Source: Folioceros fuciformis (Eukaryota). From it: a stretch of DNA of 64,000 nucleotides. The position numbers were made by a program, and so were the translations under genes. A model generated the notes under the pieces. It made no database searches and was not told the origin of the DNA. It saw only the letters and a list, made by a program, of their open reading frames with translations. Positions 33,335 through 45,500 of this stretch are shown here, piece after piece. Numbering within the stretch: position 1 is the stretch's first letter; each line of letters opens with the position of its first letter. The stretch covers positions 107,015-171,014 of the forward strand of contig JBNGIO010006112.1 in NCBI GenBank assembly GCA_049999805.1. Reading direction: 5' to 3'.

Positions 33335-36130
33335 ATGGGCCGCGTCAAGCTGGAGATCAAGAAGATCGAGAACCCGACCAACCGCCAGGTGACCTACTCC
33401 AAGCGCCGCAACGGCCTCATCAAGAAGGCCCACGAGCTCTCGGTTCTGTGCGGCATAGACATCGGCCTCATTGTCTTCTCTCCGTCGGGGAAGCTCACGC
33501 AATTTTCCAACGTCCGGTGCGGGAGGATCTGCGATGCCCAGCTTTTTTCCCTTCCGATCCGCCTTCTCACGCTGTCAATTCGTCTCACGGACGCTGCGCT
33601 GCTGCTGCTTTGTCTGTGAGCTGCAGGATCGAGGATATCATAAACCGGTATGCGGATTGCCCGGAGCACGAGCGGTCCAAGAGGTCCGTCCTTGGTTTGC
33701 CGTTCCGCGCTGTTTGGATGTGTGAGCTGAGCAAGGCTCCGGTAGGAAGGGATCTGTGTGCTTTGCTGCGCGTTTCGTTTGCGGTTGCGCGCTAGTCTGA
33801 TCTGGCTTCTGTGTGCATGTCGCACGGCACGGGTCTTCTGGTGAATGCAGGAAGATTGAGAATATTGAGGTAGGGAGCGGTCTCGTCCTGGCTTGCCGAG
33901 GAAGCGCCTGAAGCTATGGCTTTTGTTGTTGTGTGGTCTTTCTCTTGCCAGCGCGTCGCACTGACTGCCTGTGCTTTGTCCTGTTCTCCGGCAGTATCTC
34001 AACCGGGCCGTGAAGAAGCTGAATGCTGAGCGGAACGACGGCGGACCCCAGTCCAGGTTTGGCACTGTTCTTGGTTTCTGTGGCTGTTGCTGCGGAACGA
34101 GACGATAGTGGTCTGACAGGGGCGTTGTCTTCTGTCGCATGTCGGCTGCTTCTGTTTGTGCCAATCAGAAACCTTGACACAGCAGGGGTAAGTGGAGGCT
34201 CTGCTGCTGTTGCCTGTGTGGAGTCATCGTTTTCTCTCGCTCCGCTCCGTGTTATGGCTGAGAGTGAAACGCTCATACTTTACCTGTGTCGTCTGCCCTT
34301 GCAGCTGCTAGATGAAATCAAACGGTTGACGCAGGAGAAAGAGATAGCCCAGCAGAAGGCGAGGTCAGTGGTCTCTAGAGCCTTTGTCAGCAACCGAGCT
34401 GCCTTAGAGTGAGCGGAGCTCGGCCCGCCGGGATTTGGCTTTTGGAGCGACCGCTGCTTCCAGCAGGGGATGATTCATTGTAGCCAATTGTTCTGTCTGC
34501 CCTCGGGGTGCAGGTTATTCGATGAAAACGAACTCCGCCAGTGCACCTCGCTGGCTCAGCTTCTGCGTTTGGAGGAAGACATAACGGAAGCTCTGCGGAA
34601 AGTTCGAGCTCGAAAGGTGTGCTGATGGCGATGGATTTGCAGGGGTTTTCGTTTCAGAACCGTATTGCCCAAGGCCGTCGTAGTGTGGGAGGATTTCTTA
34701 ATACCATCTAGTGATGGGTGCACTCCGTATGTCATGCCGTCTAACAACCAGTTGCTCCTTTGGCGCAGATTGAAGTGTTGAACAACAACCTCGTGGGGCT
34801 CAGGAACCAGGTATGCCACGATCTGCCCACTATGCACGGTTGCAGATTTTTGATTTTCTTCATGTTCTGACAGTCGAAACCCGTCCAAATGCAGCAGGAG
34901 ACCGACGCAAACAATCCCCTCTCAAGCCTACAGCAGGTGGTTACCTCTTTGCATGCATCATTTGCTTCGACAAGTTGACTGGTGTCCACGTGATGTGGTG
35001 CCCGAGGTGCGGTGCACAACGCTCATGCACCGACTCCCTTTTCACTTCTGCAGATCTATGCAAACCTGCAAAACCGTGTCGGTGGAGCACCACCAGGAAT
35101 GCCAGGGTACTTGCCATGGGGGATGGATGTCAGGGATACACAGAGCAGTCAGCTCCAGGATTTCATGGAGCATTCGTCATCCTCTGTCATGCAGCAGAAT
35201 GCGTCTCAAATAAGGTACAATCTGAGGAAAAGAAGATTTGCTTTTCTTCCATGGACCTTTCGGTCGTTAGGTTGGTTTTTAATTCACTGCCTCCACTTTC
35301 TGAAATCAATGACTAGGGATTCTGGTGGCAGCACTGAATGTCAACCCAGTACCTACTACATGGCGGGCTCGCAAGGAGAGGGAAGTGAGCAGATGCCTTC
35401 CCATAGTTGCCAGGCCGATAGCATGCGATCTATGGTGCCCACGGCTCTGAGAGGTGGCTTGCACGGCTTGAACATGGAGACCATTGACAACGCGTACATT
35501 GAGGAAATAAAGAAAGAGAAGGTGGACATGGGCATGGTGCAGCATGGCTACAGTGGAGGAGTTTCGAGTGGACGCTCTCAAGACATGACAGCAGGCTTCG
35601 GGCTTTCTACTTGGCCTCCACAGCCTTATCATGCCAATCAAACAGCAAATTTGGCAACTCCGATGTATTCAAGCCAGGTTGGTCGACTACAACTGCCTGC
35701 CTGTCCTTCTTGCATGATGTCGTCGATTGAGCGAGTGGACAGTTTGTACTGTATTTGGAGTCTGTCATCACCCTTGTCGGGGCTAGTCATTCGCGTTAGT
35801 TTCCCTTTCATTGTCTGGCCGTAGAAGTGATGCGAGAAATGCTGAACCTCGCGGGCTTCGTGAGTGCAGCAACAGCCCTCCTTGGGGACTCCGGAGCCTG
35901 AAGTACCTGAGTTGATGTCCCATCATCAAGCGGAGGCCTCAGTGCATGCAGGGCGTCGCCCGGCTCAACAACAAAATCTGTTGAACAATCCGTTCGACGG
36001 CAACATGTCCAGGTCTCAGATAGGTGCCTTCAATATGCAAAATAATCTACCCATAGAGTCTAACCTGCAGATTCGGCCCAACACCAACGGTCTTTCACTT
36101 TCGCTTCCGAATTTTGAAAGGTTCCAATGA
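33335..36130 (+). CDS. MIKC*-type MADS-box transcription factor; predicted exons 33335-33516, 33627-33683, 33851-33869, 33995-34056, 34169-34187, 34305-34363, 34514-34616, 34769-34810, 34895-34936, 35054-35214, 35317-35677, 35870-36130
   Basis: [74 protein letters not shown] is an MIKC*-type I-region split over short exons; K-like [19 protein letters not shown]. All introns are GT-AG and frame-consistent. Confidence 0.9.
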
Positions 36131-36867
36131 CTTGTGTTTTCTCCCATTTTTTTTTTCTTTGTAGGAGTAAGATTGAAGATTCATTGCAGGATTTAGTCAG
36201 GTCGATAGCAAGTTGCTGACATGAACGCAGGTGATTGACATGTAACTGTACAGAAAGGTCACACATAATAACGGACTCAATAGGTGGCTCGAGCTGACTG
36301 TAGTCTAGGTGGTGTAGTGTAGCGTATTGTGCCATTGGTTCTAGCTACTCCACAGTCCAGGGCAGAGGCAGGTTTTTTAATGTCTGGAGCAGTGGTTAAT
36401 AAGGGATGGTCCTCAACTCTAATAACGAGTCGTGTCCGCCAAAGGTGGGCAACTCTCTTTGCCGAACTGTGGTGGCATAGGTGGCAGTCACGCTCCCGGC
36501 TCTGCCCTTGCTGGAGTTTCTAGAATGTTGTGTTTTAGAAGATGAGAGGTTGAGAGCTTCTGTGTTTGCTGCCAGTGGGAATGGGCCGCCCTGCCCCACC
36601 CTCCCACTGGGCGTGCAAGTGTCTTTGTGACAAAGGATTTTGTCAGCAGCTTGCCAACAGGTGTGAACAGGCACTCTTCACTTGCTGCGTTGTTTCCTGA
36701 AAAGTGAAGGTAACTTGAAGGTAACTTTTCAAGCATAATGTGATCGCGAACTCCAAAATTGTGTTGGAGTCGCTTTGTGTTTCTTATCAGAGCTCGGTAT
36801 CGAGTCAAAACAGAATTGGATTTCCACATCAAAGTGTTTTTTTTTGTAGGTCATGTGTGGACTAGGT

Positions 36868-37920
36868 CTATTTGCTGCCACGCCCCTTGGGATACAGAGG
36901 GGACATAGCCGCGTCGGCATGTGTATCTAGGTACCACAGCCCCAGTCGCCGAAACCTCTTGATTTTCTTATCCAAGCCGACTATGTAGTTGTTGTGTAGG
37001 ACCACCTGTTTTCCCTCCTGCTCTTCCCGCCAGGTGTGGTTCCGGAAATAGAGCCCTCCGGTGGGAAATGCAACCTGAGGTAAAACATAAACGTCCACCT
37101 TCCCCTCCGTCTTCATGAGCGCCCAGTTCATGGCCGGCTGATCATTCACCTTCTCCTGCTTGGACCATGGTCGTTGCCGCATCTCCTGCACCCACGCTCG
37201 AAGCAGCAGCTTCGCTCCCGGGGTCGGCCGTAGGAAGAGCAGGCAGCTGCAGATGTAAGGCCGCCCCTTCTTCCCCGGCGGAGGCAGCCCGGAGGAGTGT
37301 CCGGCCGGCTTCACAGCGGCTGTGTCGTCCGCGAACCACACGTCGTGCTCCCCGCGGAAGTAGGGAAAAGGGTCTCCTACCCACACCATGTCCACATCAT
37401 TGTACAGAACCGAGTAGCCCAGCTGCAGAATGCGAAGCAGGTGGCGCGGCCTGCGCGACGTGAGGTTGAAGAAGCCCTGCGAACCAAACTTCTCCGCCGC
37501 GGACGAAACAAGTGCGGGAGAGGACGACAACAGGACGGCATGGCCCGGCCAGCGCGCGGTCACCAGATCCCGCGTCGCGGTGTCCTCTGCCAGCACCAGC
37601 ACGGCGCGGTGCCGCCCCCGCCCTTGCTTCACCACGCTGATCAGCCAGTTGTTGAGGAACGGCACGTAAGGCTCACTTACAGTGCACACCACCACTGTCC
37701 CGTCCACTGCCACTGCCGCCAGCGCCTCTTCCAGCGTCTCCGTCACCGGGGCCAATTGGCCCGCCCCCTCCGACCGCGGCGCTAGCGCATGCAGCAGCGC
37801 CACCGGCAGCGCGATTCCCAGCAGCAGCACCAGGAACAAGACGGAGGGGCGCGGCGGATACTCCTCACTCCGCAACCAAAGCGACAAAGAAGCCGACACC
37901 GTTGTATTGTGGCGCGCCAT
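36868..37920 (-). CDS. RGXT: GT77 nucleotide-diphospho-sugar transferase, RG-II alpha-1,3-xylosyltransferase (RGXT/MGP4-like), 350 aa, intronless
   Basis: N-terminal TM anchor; PFLNNWLISV, KFGSQGFFNLTSRRP, YNDVDMVW (DxD), PPPGKKGRPYICSC, NDQPAMNWAL, FPTGGLYF, HNNYIVG..KKIKRFR..GLW. Confidence 0.9.
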   Translation of the reverse strand: MARHNTTVSASLSLWLRSEEYPPRPSVLFLVLLLGIALPVALLHALAPRSEGAGQLAPVTETLEEALAAVAVDGTVVVCTVSEPYVPFLNNWLISVVKQGRGRHRAVLVLAEDTATRDLVTARWPGHAVLLSSSPALVSSAAEKFGSQGFFNLTSRRPRHLLRILQLGYSVLYNDVDMVWVGDPFPYFRGEHDVWFADDTAAVKPAGHSSGLPPPGKKGRPYICSCLLFLRPTPGAKLLLRAWVQEMRQRPWSKQEKVNDQPAMNWALMKTEGKVDVYVLPQVAFPTGGLYFRNHTWREEQEGKQVVLHNNYIVGLDKKIKRFRRLGLWYLDTHADAAMSPLYPKGRGSK

Positions 37921-38260
37921 CTCGATCGTGCAGTGCTCCGTCCCTCGCAGTTTCTCTCAAAAATGCAAGCTCAGCAGGGGCGTACGACATTGCCGCTGCT
38001 GGAACGAACCACATACCTGTGTCACATTGCTTGTACAACAACTTGCGACAAACTAGAGCTGCTCCGAGACAGAAGCGCCACCACGCTGGAATTGCACAAT
38101 TCGCAATTGCGATTAATTTACCAGTTTCGCTGACCAAGGAATAGTCTAGGCGCACAAATCCCAGCTCGCACATCAATGGATGCCGTGCTCATACAACAGC
38201 TTCAAGTGGCGGCTCCGACATGAGGCCAAAGAAGGGGCCTAACAGTGGCCGCTGTGCAAA

Positions 38261-41200
38261 CTAGACTGTGACGAGAGGTCGAAGGACGCCATCCGCTGTC
38301 GGGGCAGGAGCAGGGGCAGAAGCAGGAACATTCTTCTTACTCTCCTGATAAGAAGCCAAGTGGACACCGGCGGCGGCTCTTCCAGACGGATCCAGATTCT
38401 TGGCCCACGCTTCGTCCCAGGCTACAGCGGCCGCGGTGCTGCAGGCCACGCTTGGGCCTCCTGGGACGGTGAGCCGCGCGGATTGCTGCACACAATTGGG
38501 AAAGCACGTCAGTCACCGCACGCGTGAAGTCCCACCATTGCTACTCTCCCACGCGAAGCCAGCTGGCCTCGTCTGTGGTAGGGCCAAGATTAGGGCTAGG
38601 GTTCGGGCCTTGCCTGTGGGAACTTCTTCTCGAAGATTGAGCGGTAGTAATATGCTTCCTTGGTTACAGGAGTGTTGTGCGGGTATATGTGCTTAGCGTT
38701 AAGCATCATCTGATCCGTGACCTGGAGAAGGATGGCGTGCATCCGCCTTTTAGTAAGACATTCATGACAGAGCAGCTCGTAACCAGGGACGAGGGATGGA
38801 TAGAGTGTTACATGACTCTCCGCGTGTGCTTTCAGCCCGTCGATCCAACTGTAGCCGACTCCGTCACTGAATTGTTCCTTCTGCCTGTACAGAATGTGCT
38901 GCAGTTCACCACGAAACGTCAACACGGCGGCATCAAAGCTGGTTGACAGACTTCTCAGCAAGTTTCGGAAACGCAACATGCGGTCATGCATGGCTGGTGT
39001 ACCTTGGGAAGATAGGGCTGTTCATCATCATCAAATGCCTTCCTCAGAGCATACTTCTCAATTCTCCCTTCCTTGGGCCGGACCTGGCACAAGCGATTAC
39101 GACTAATCACACATCATGCCGTGGAGCTGGCAGCAGTTTCTGGGACAAGTTTACGTCTGGGTGAACTCACCATTTTCTCGGCAGGGTCCAGATCCATTGC
39201 CAGATGGATGAATTCCTTGTCCAGGAATGGGACGCGAGCCTCCAAACCCCATGCGGAGGTCGATTTGTTGGCTCTTAGACAATCATATAAATGAAGAGCC
39301 TTCACCTGCATTCACAAAACTCGCAACGGGTTGGCAAAGCCTCCATGTTGCTGGCACAAAATGGAAGAGACGTGCATCCAACACATCTACCTTTCGGCAC
39401 GTCTCCTTATGTAGCTCCTCCTTGTTGGGAGCTTTGTGGAAGTAAAGATAGCCTCCAAAGATTTCGTCCGACCCCTCACCCGACAGTACCATCTTCACAC
39501 CCAAGGCTTTTATCTTGCGGGACATCAAGAACATGGGCGTGCTAGCTCTGATTGTTGTGACGTCGTATGTCTCCACGTGATAGATCACATTGGGCAAGGC
39601 ATCCACACCTTCCTGTTAGTCAAAGACGGCCATTAGCAGTGACGGAGACACTGCTGCTTAGCCTAACAGCGAGACTGTGCGAGCCCACCTGCACAGTGAA
39701 ATGGAACTCCTGATGTTGCGTACCGAGATAATCAGCAACTTCTCTCGCAGCTATCAAATCAGGAGAACCCTGGACAGACGAGAAAAATTGTGACGTATAT
39801 AACTAAAGAGGCGGAGTACAGCATAAACAAAACAACGAAACAGGTAACCAACTCCAGCACCTTAAGGCCCACACAGAATGTATGGAGCCGGGAACCCCAC
39901 TGCCTTCCAACCTTTGTGTCGGAAAGGTGGCGAGACGCCACCGCAGCCACCAATGATGAGTCTAGGCCTCCCGAAAGGAGCACACCGAAGGGAACATCCG
40001 TCATCAACCTTTTGATGACAGCCTATCCAAACGAGATGCCTGGGTATGAGATACAGAGGCAGAAGACGGATGATGTACGTGCTGCACAAACTAGCACAAG
40101 CCCAGTTTCCAACTGCTCAACTTTCAGCCACTGACAACGCTTGTCTTGGCCTCACCTTCTCGAAAGCATCACGGAGTGCGACGGGGTTGTAAGGTGTACT
40201 GGGAATGGTCTCAGCAAACCAAGGAGGGTTGTACCACCTTCGCAAGCCGCCTGAAACAAGGCCACCATGCTTTGCTCAGAGACAGCCAACCAGATGCCTG
40301 CAAGCATCCAACCAGGTTCACATTTCATCCAACCTCTGTGCACGAACACTGACCTTGCTTACTGGAGTAGAGATGGCCTGGTGGGAACACCTCAAATCGT
40401 TCACAGGCGTCCGTTAAAGCCTTCATCTCCGAGGCGAACCACACCGACCCTGCCGCGCATTCAGACCCATAAAAACATGTTATTTTGCGATTGACATCTT
40501 GGAGGCACAGGACCAGGTCCAAGGGCGGCAGAATCCATACCGTCAACACCCCAGCCGAGATACAGAGGAGTGATGCCGATGGGGTCACGAGCGGCAATGA
40601 AGCTGTTATCTCGAGTGTCGAGCAGGACGAAGGAGAACATCCCGTCAAGTTTTGAGACCATCTCCTCACCAATCTCCTCATACTACGGTTCCAGAGCACA
40701 ACAAGGTGCAACAGTCAAGACTCGTCATCTCAAAGCTACCTCAACAACAAACAAGGCAAGGCCAGACCGAGAACCGGCACAACCTCCCACAATCTCCAAC
40801 TCCAAAGACGAAGACTGATCACCAGAGGCACCAGATCTCATCACTCACAAGGTGCGCAATAACTTCGCAGTCACTCTCCGTGCGGTACCGGTGCCCAGGC
40901 ATCAACTTCTTCAGCTCTTCGTGATTGTAAATCTCTCCATTCACCTGCTCCGCCCAAAGAAAATTCCCCTCTTCACAACTCGAATCTTACCCGCCACTGC
41001 AACCGAATTCCACGAAAGCGCAAACTCACCGTCACAATTATGGTCTGGCTCTCGTTGTACAGAGGCTGATCGCCAGAGGCAGGATCGATGATGGCGAGCC
41101 GCTCATGCGCTAGGAAGCATTTACCGGAATGGTGCAGGCCGCTCCAATCTGGCCCTCGATGTCGCAACCTGCAACAGTCCCACCACCCGCTTCAACCCAG

Positions 41201-41343
41201 CAGACAATGTACTGCTCTGCTTTGCTCGAAAATGCAACCAGAATTCCAATTCCCATCACCCACCTCCCGGACAGCTCCAGGATGCGAGCTCGCATAGCGA
41301 GCGACGTGTCTAGGCAGCCCAGGGCTGCGAGTATCCCACACAT
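38261..41343 (-). CDS. ASN: Glutamine-dependent asparagine synthetase, multi-exon
   Basis: MCGILA (N-terminal Cys), [91 protein letters not shown]; ~13 short introns. Confidence 0.97.
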
Positions 41344-41601
41344 CCTGACCTCTGCAGAAAAACTACGAGTCAAGCACTCCGCTGCTCTGAGCAGAACGCC
41401 ACACTGCTGGGACTCTCTCAGAAAACAGCGAAGGCGGGAGAGCAGATTGCGTCCTCGTTTTCTGACTAAAACACCCACCGAGCCACATAAAAGGGCAAAG
41501 GCCCGCCTTACCTTGGCCCACAAAGCTCGATCCTTAACGGTGTTGATGACGCTCGGAATTTGTCCCTCGCCGGCGACAGGAATCTGCCTTTGCGCTGCTT
41601 G

Positions 41602-41693
41602 ACGCACCAATCCCTTTTTTGGTGGTATGCAAACCTCACAAACTTACGCACCAATCCCTTTTTTGGTGGCATGCAAACCTCACAAACTTACGC
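41602..41693. repeat. 44-bp tandem duplication containing CCAAT in the ASN/PreP divergent intergenic region
   Basis: acgcaccaatccctttttt ggtgg.atgcaaacctcacaaactt x2. Confidence 0.85.
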
Positions 41694-42508
41694 GACCCGT
41701 CATCTTAACTAACCACTTTTTTGTCTTTTTAAAATGTGGCTCTTCCATCTGTTAATTTCTTCCCCGGGGTTCCAACCATCTAGTCCACATCAAGACGCTA
41801 CAACAAGCTCTCTGTGCTTGCATCCCTGGACAGCAGAAACGATTTGTCTGTGCCTCTGTCCTCCTCAATTCCTCGCTTGGCAGATTTGTCGCAATCGTCC
41901 CAACAGATGAGAAGTTCTCGCTGCCTACTTCCTCTTATCCACATAGCTGAATCGCTCTCTCACAATTCCCTCTCCGCCCCAGGTAGTCAAGCCCCGCCTA
42001 ACCTTCCGGATGCAGAATGCAACGGCAGCTGCAGCCGACAATGACCGCATCAGCGCGTGCCTCGTCGTCCCTCCTGCTGTTTCTGACTATGCTGCATTAT
42101 TCCGAACCCTAACCCTATTCAGTCAGTGCACCCTCTACTCAATGCAGAACCCTGAACCCTGACGGTGAGGAGGTGGCATGAGATGTGACAACGTTTTTCC
42201 GGTTGATACACACCGACTTCGTCCGGTTGTTGTGAAACAACAAATTTTTAAAGGGCAACGAAGCTTCGCACTCTGGGCCCGTGGCAGCAAGGAATGTGCT
42301 AGAAGCTGGTCCTGGTCCGCTCGCTTCTCATCTGAACGATTAGGGTTTTGATCTTATAGCCCTAATGCAAATGCAACACGGATCTGACTTGATTGGAGCT
42401 CGGTGACGTTGCGTGCTCGCTGCGAGTGATAGGAGATTTGAGTCCTCGAAATTGGGGCATTTGGAGTCGGTCATCCTGGCAGGAACGCGTGTGGTGAGGG
42501 CTGCATCA

Positions 42509-45500
42509 ATGCACGCCAAGGCTGCCCTTCGGGGCCCGCTTGCTGTGCAGCCCACTGTGCTGAGTGCCGTCACACGGTCAGGCCCCAGTCGTCCATTTCA
42601 CGTGTTGCTTCCCAGACTGTGCAATGCCCGCTCCGGGCTGCAGTCCGGCAATCCCCGAATCTTGCGGGGCTGGCAATGGACTGGCCGTCTACTGAGCAGG
42701 AGGCCCGTTTTTCTCCCGGCCTTTTCGCGAACTAGGAATGTTAGCACTGTTGAGGCGGCCGTTGCTGCTCCCCCTCCGAGACTAGGTGAGTTTCGTTAAT
42801 TGGGTGAATTGAATGAGTTCTTTAAATTGCAATGCCGTTGCTGGATGGGCAAATTGATCCCTCGGCGTTGCCTGCGCCTTCGGGAATGGCTCCTGTTCAG
42901 TGCGAACAGCCATGGTCCGTTGTTTGAGCTGAATTGGGTGCAAAGTGGTCTTCGTTTTCGACGGAATTGTCTTCCTGTCTCTGGGAAGCGTGCTTGACGA
43001 TTTTGGGGGCTGTGAATCAGAGGCAAACCCCGACACAGTTCGGGCGCTTGGGTTCGAGAAAGTTGAGGACCAATTCATAGAGGAGTACCAGTGCTCAGCT
43101 GTGCTCTATCGGCACAGAAAGACCGGGGCTCAAGTTATGTCTTTGAGCACTGACGACGAGAACAAGGTCTTTGGTATCACCTTTCGGACTCCTCCGTAAG
43201 TATATACGTCCTTACTTCGTGCACGTACCAGACCACAGGAACGTAGTACACAGGATACCAGCTGCCTGGAAGATGTAGTTCAATTGCGCCTGTGTAACTT
43301 TTTGCCCATGATGGTCTTTCTGCTGAGGTTGGTGCGAGCAAAGGGAGATACTTGTTTCTGGTAATATTGGCGTCCAGAGAACTGGGTGACGTAAGTGGGC
43401 TTTGGACTCTGCAGCAAAAATTCCAAGGGAATACCGCACATTTTGGAGCACAGTGTGCTTTGCGGGTCAAGAAAATATCCCGTGAAGGAGCCATTTGTGG
43501 AGCTTCTTAAGGGAAGCCTGCACACTTTCTTGAATGCTTTCACCTACTCGGATCGCACGTGCTACCCTGTGGCGTCCACGAATGTAAAGGTAATGGTTAT
43601 GCAGGCTGCAGGTAAAATGTGCGAGAAAGGCTGCAGACAAACTTGCGAGAAAGGCTGCATATACATTTGCGTCATGCTCCCCTGTTCAGACGTTAACTTT
43701 CCATGTGGTCTCCCCTTGATAATCAGTAAGCTGCTTTTGTTCTGGAACAGGATTTCTACAACCTGGTGGACGTCTATCTAGATGCAGTGTTTTTCCCCCA
43801 GTGTGTGAATGACATCCAGACCTTTCAGCAGGAAGGTTGGCATTATGAACTCAATGATCCTTCGGAGAAAATCACCTACAAGGGTGTTGTTCTCAACGAG
43901 ATGAAAGGAGCATATTCACAGCCTGAAACTATACTCGGTCGTGTTGCTCAAAGGGTATGGAAATATGCTGGACCCCACTGTAATACAAGACAGTACCTCA
44001 GTGTTGGAACCTGAGTCAAGAGCTAATGAGGTAGTCTCCGTGCAGAATTTGTTCCCCAACAACACGTATAAAGTTGACAGTGGAGGGGATCCAGCTGTGA
44101 TCCCAAATCTTACTTTCAAAGAATTCAAGGTGAGTTACGCTGTAAACCATCACCTGAATTTATGGAATTGAATAGGACAGGTCCACACCTTGTGCTTTAT
44201 GTCGCAGAGAAATGCAGACTTCCCTTTTGCTGAAGCGTCGTGGTGGTCAGGATTTTCACCGCAAATTCTATCACCCCACCAATGCACGAATCTGGTTCTA
44301 TGGTGATGATGATCCTGCTGAGCGTCTTCGGATACTAAGTGGTACGGCTTCTGTCTTACTGCATTGCTGGTAGTGGTGAGTGATCCACCTCAAACTGATC
44401 TGGATTCACTTCGCTCCAGGATACCTTGACAGCTTCGAGGCCAGCTCATCGGCAGAGGAGTCAGAAATTAAAATGCAGAAGCTGTTTTCTGAACCAACAA
44501 GGGTGGCTGCAAAGTATGCCGCAAGTTCGGCTGGTGATGTCAATAAGAAGTACATGGTAGTTCTAGGGTGGGTCCTTACGGACACGCAGCTGGACTTGCA
44601 AACAGAGCTGGCTTTAGGATTTCTTGACCATATTCTGCTGAACTCTGCAGCGGCTCCTTTAAGGAAGACGCTTTTGGAAAGTGGTTTGGGCGAGGCACTC
44701 GTTGGGGATGGTCTTGAGGATGATTTGCTACAGCCAACCTTCATGGTTGGTTTGAAAGGTGTTGGGAAGGATGATCTAAAAAAGGTAGAGGACCTGATAA
44801 CTGAGACTTTGAAAAAATTGGCCGATGAAGGCTTCTCTGAGGAGGCAGTGCAAGCATCCATCAACACTGTTGAGTTTCAACTTCGTGAAAACAACACAGG
44901 ATCATTCCCCAGAGGACTCTCTCTCATGCTTCGATCGATGGTAATCAAAGTTTATAGGTGCTTTGAATCTGTTAGTCACAGCATGGGATGGGTTGTCTAC
45001 TACTTTGCTGGCAGTTGATTTTTGGGGATATTGCAGAATGTGTCGATTTGTTTGTGGGATTCGTTGTACGTGTCCTGTTTAGCAGCAAGAGCATGGCTGT
45101 TGCTGTCAACACCGCTTAACCACTGGATTGAACGGTTGCAGACGAAGTGGATATACGGGGGTGATCCGTTTGACCCACTGAAGTTTAAAAAGCCTTTGGA
45201 GGATTTTAAGGCTAGGCTGGCCGCAGGAGGTCCCAAAGCAGTTTTCTCCCCGCTTATTTACAAATATCTGCTGGACAATCCTCATCGAGTAGCTATTGAG
45301 CTTCAGGCATGCTGATTCTTCGAGATGGGTTTGCTGATCTATTATTTGCTTTGCTATGGAAGACCTCAGTGTGTGGCTGTGATCTTCTGCTACCGCGTGC
45401 AACTGTTGAGTCTCTTCTGATGCAGTTGAGGGATGCATCTGTTGCAGCCTGACCCCCAAAAATCCGAGGCTGATGAGGCAGCGGAGCGAGATAGACTTCG

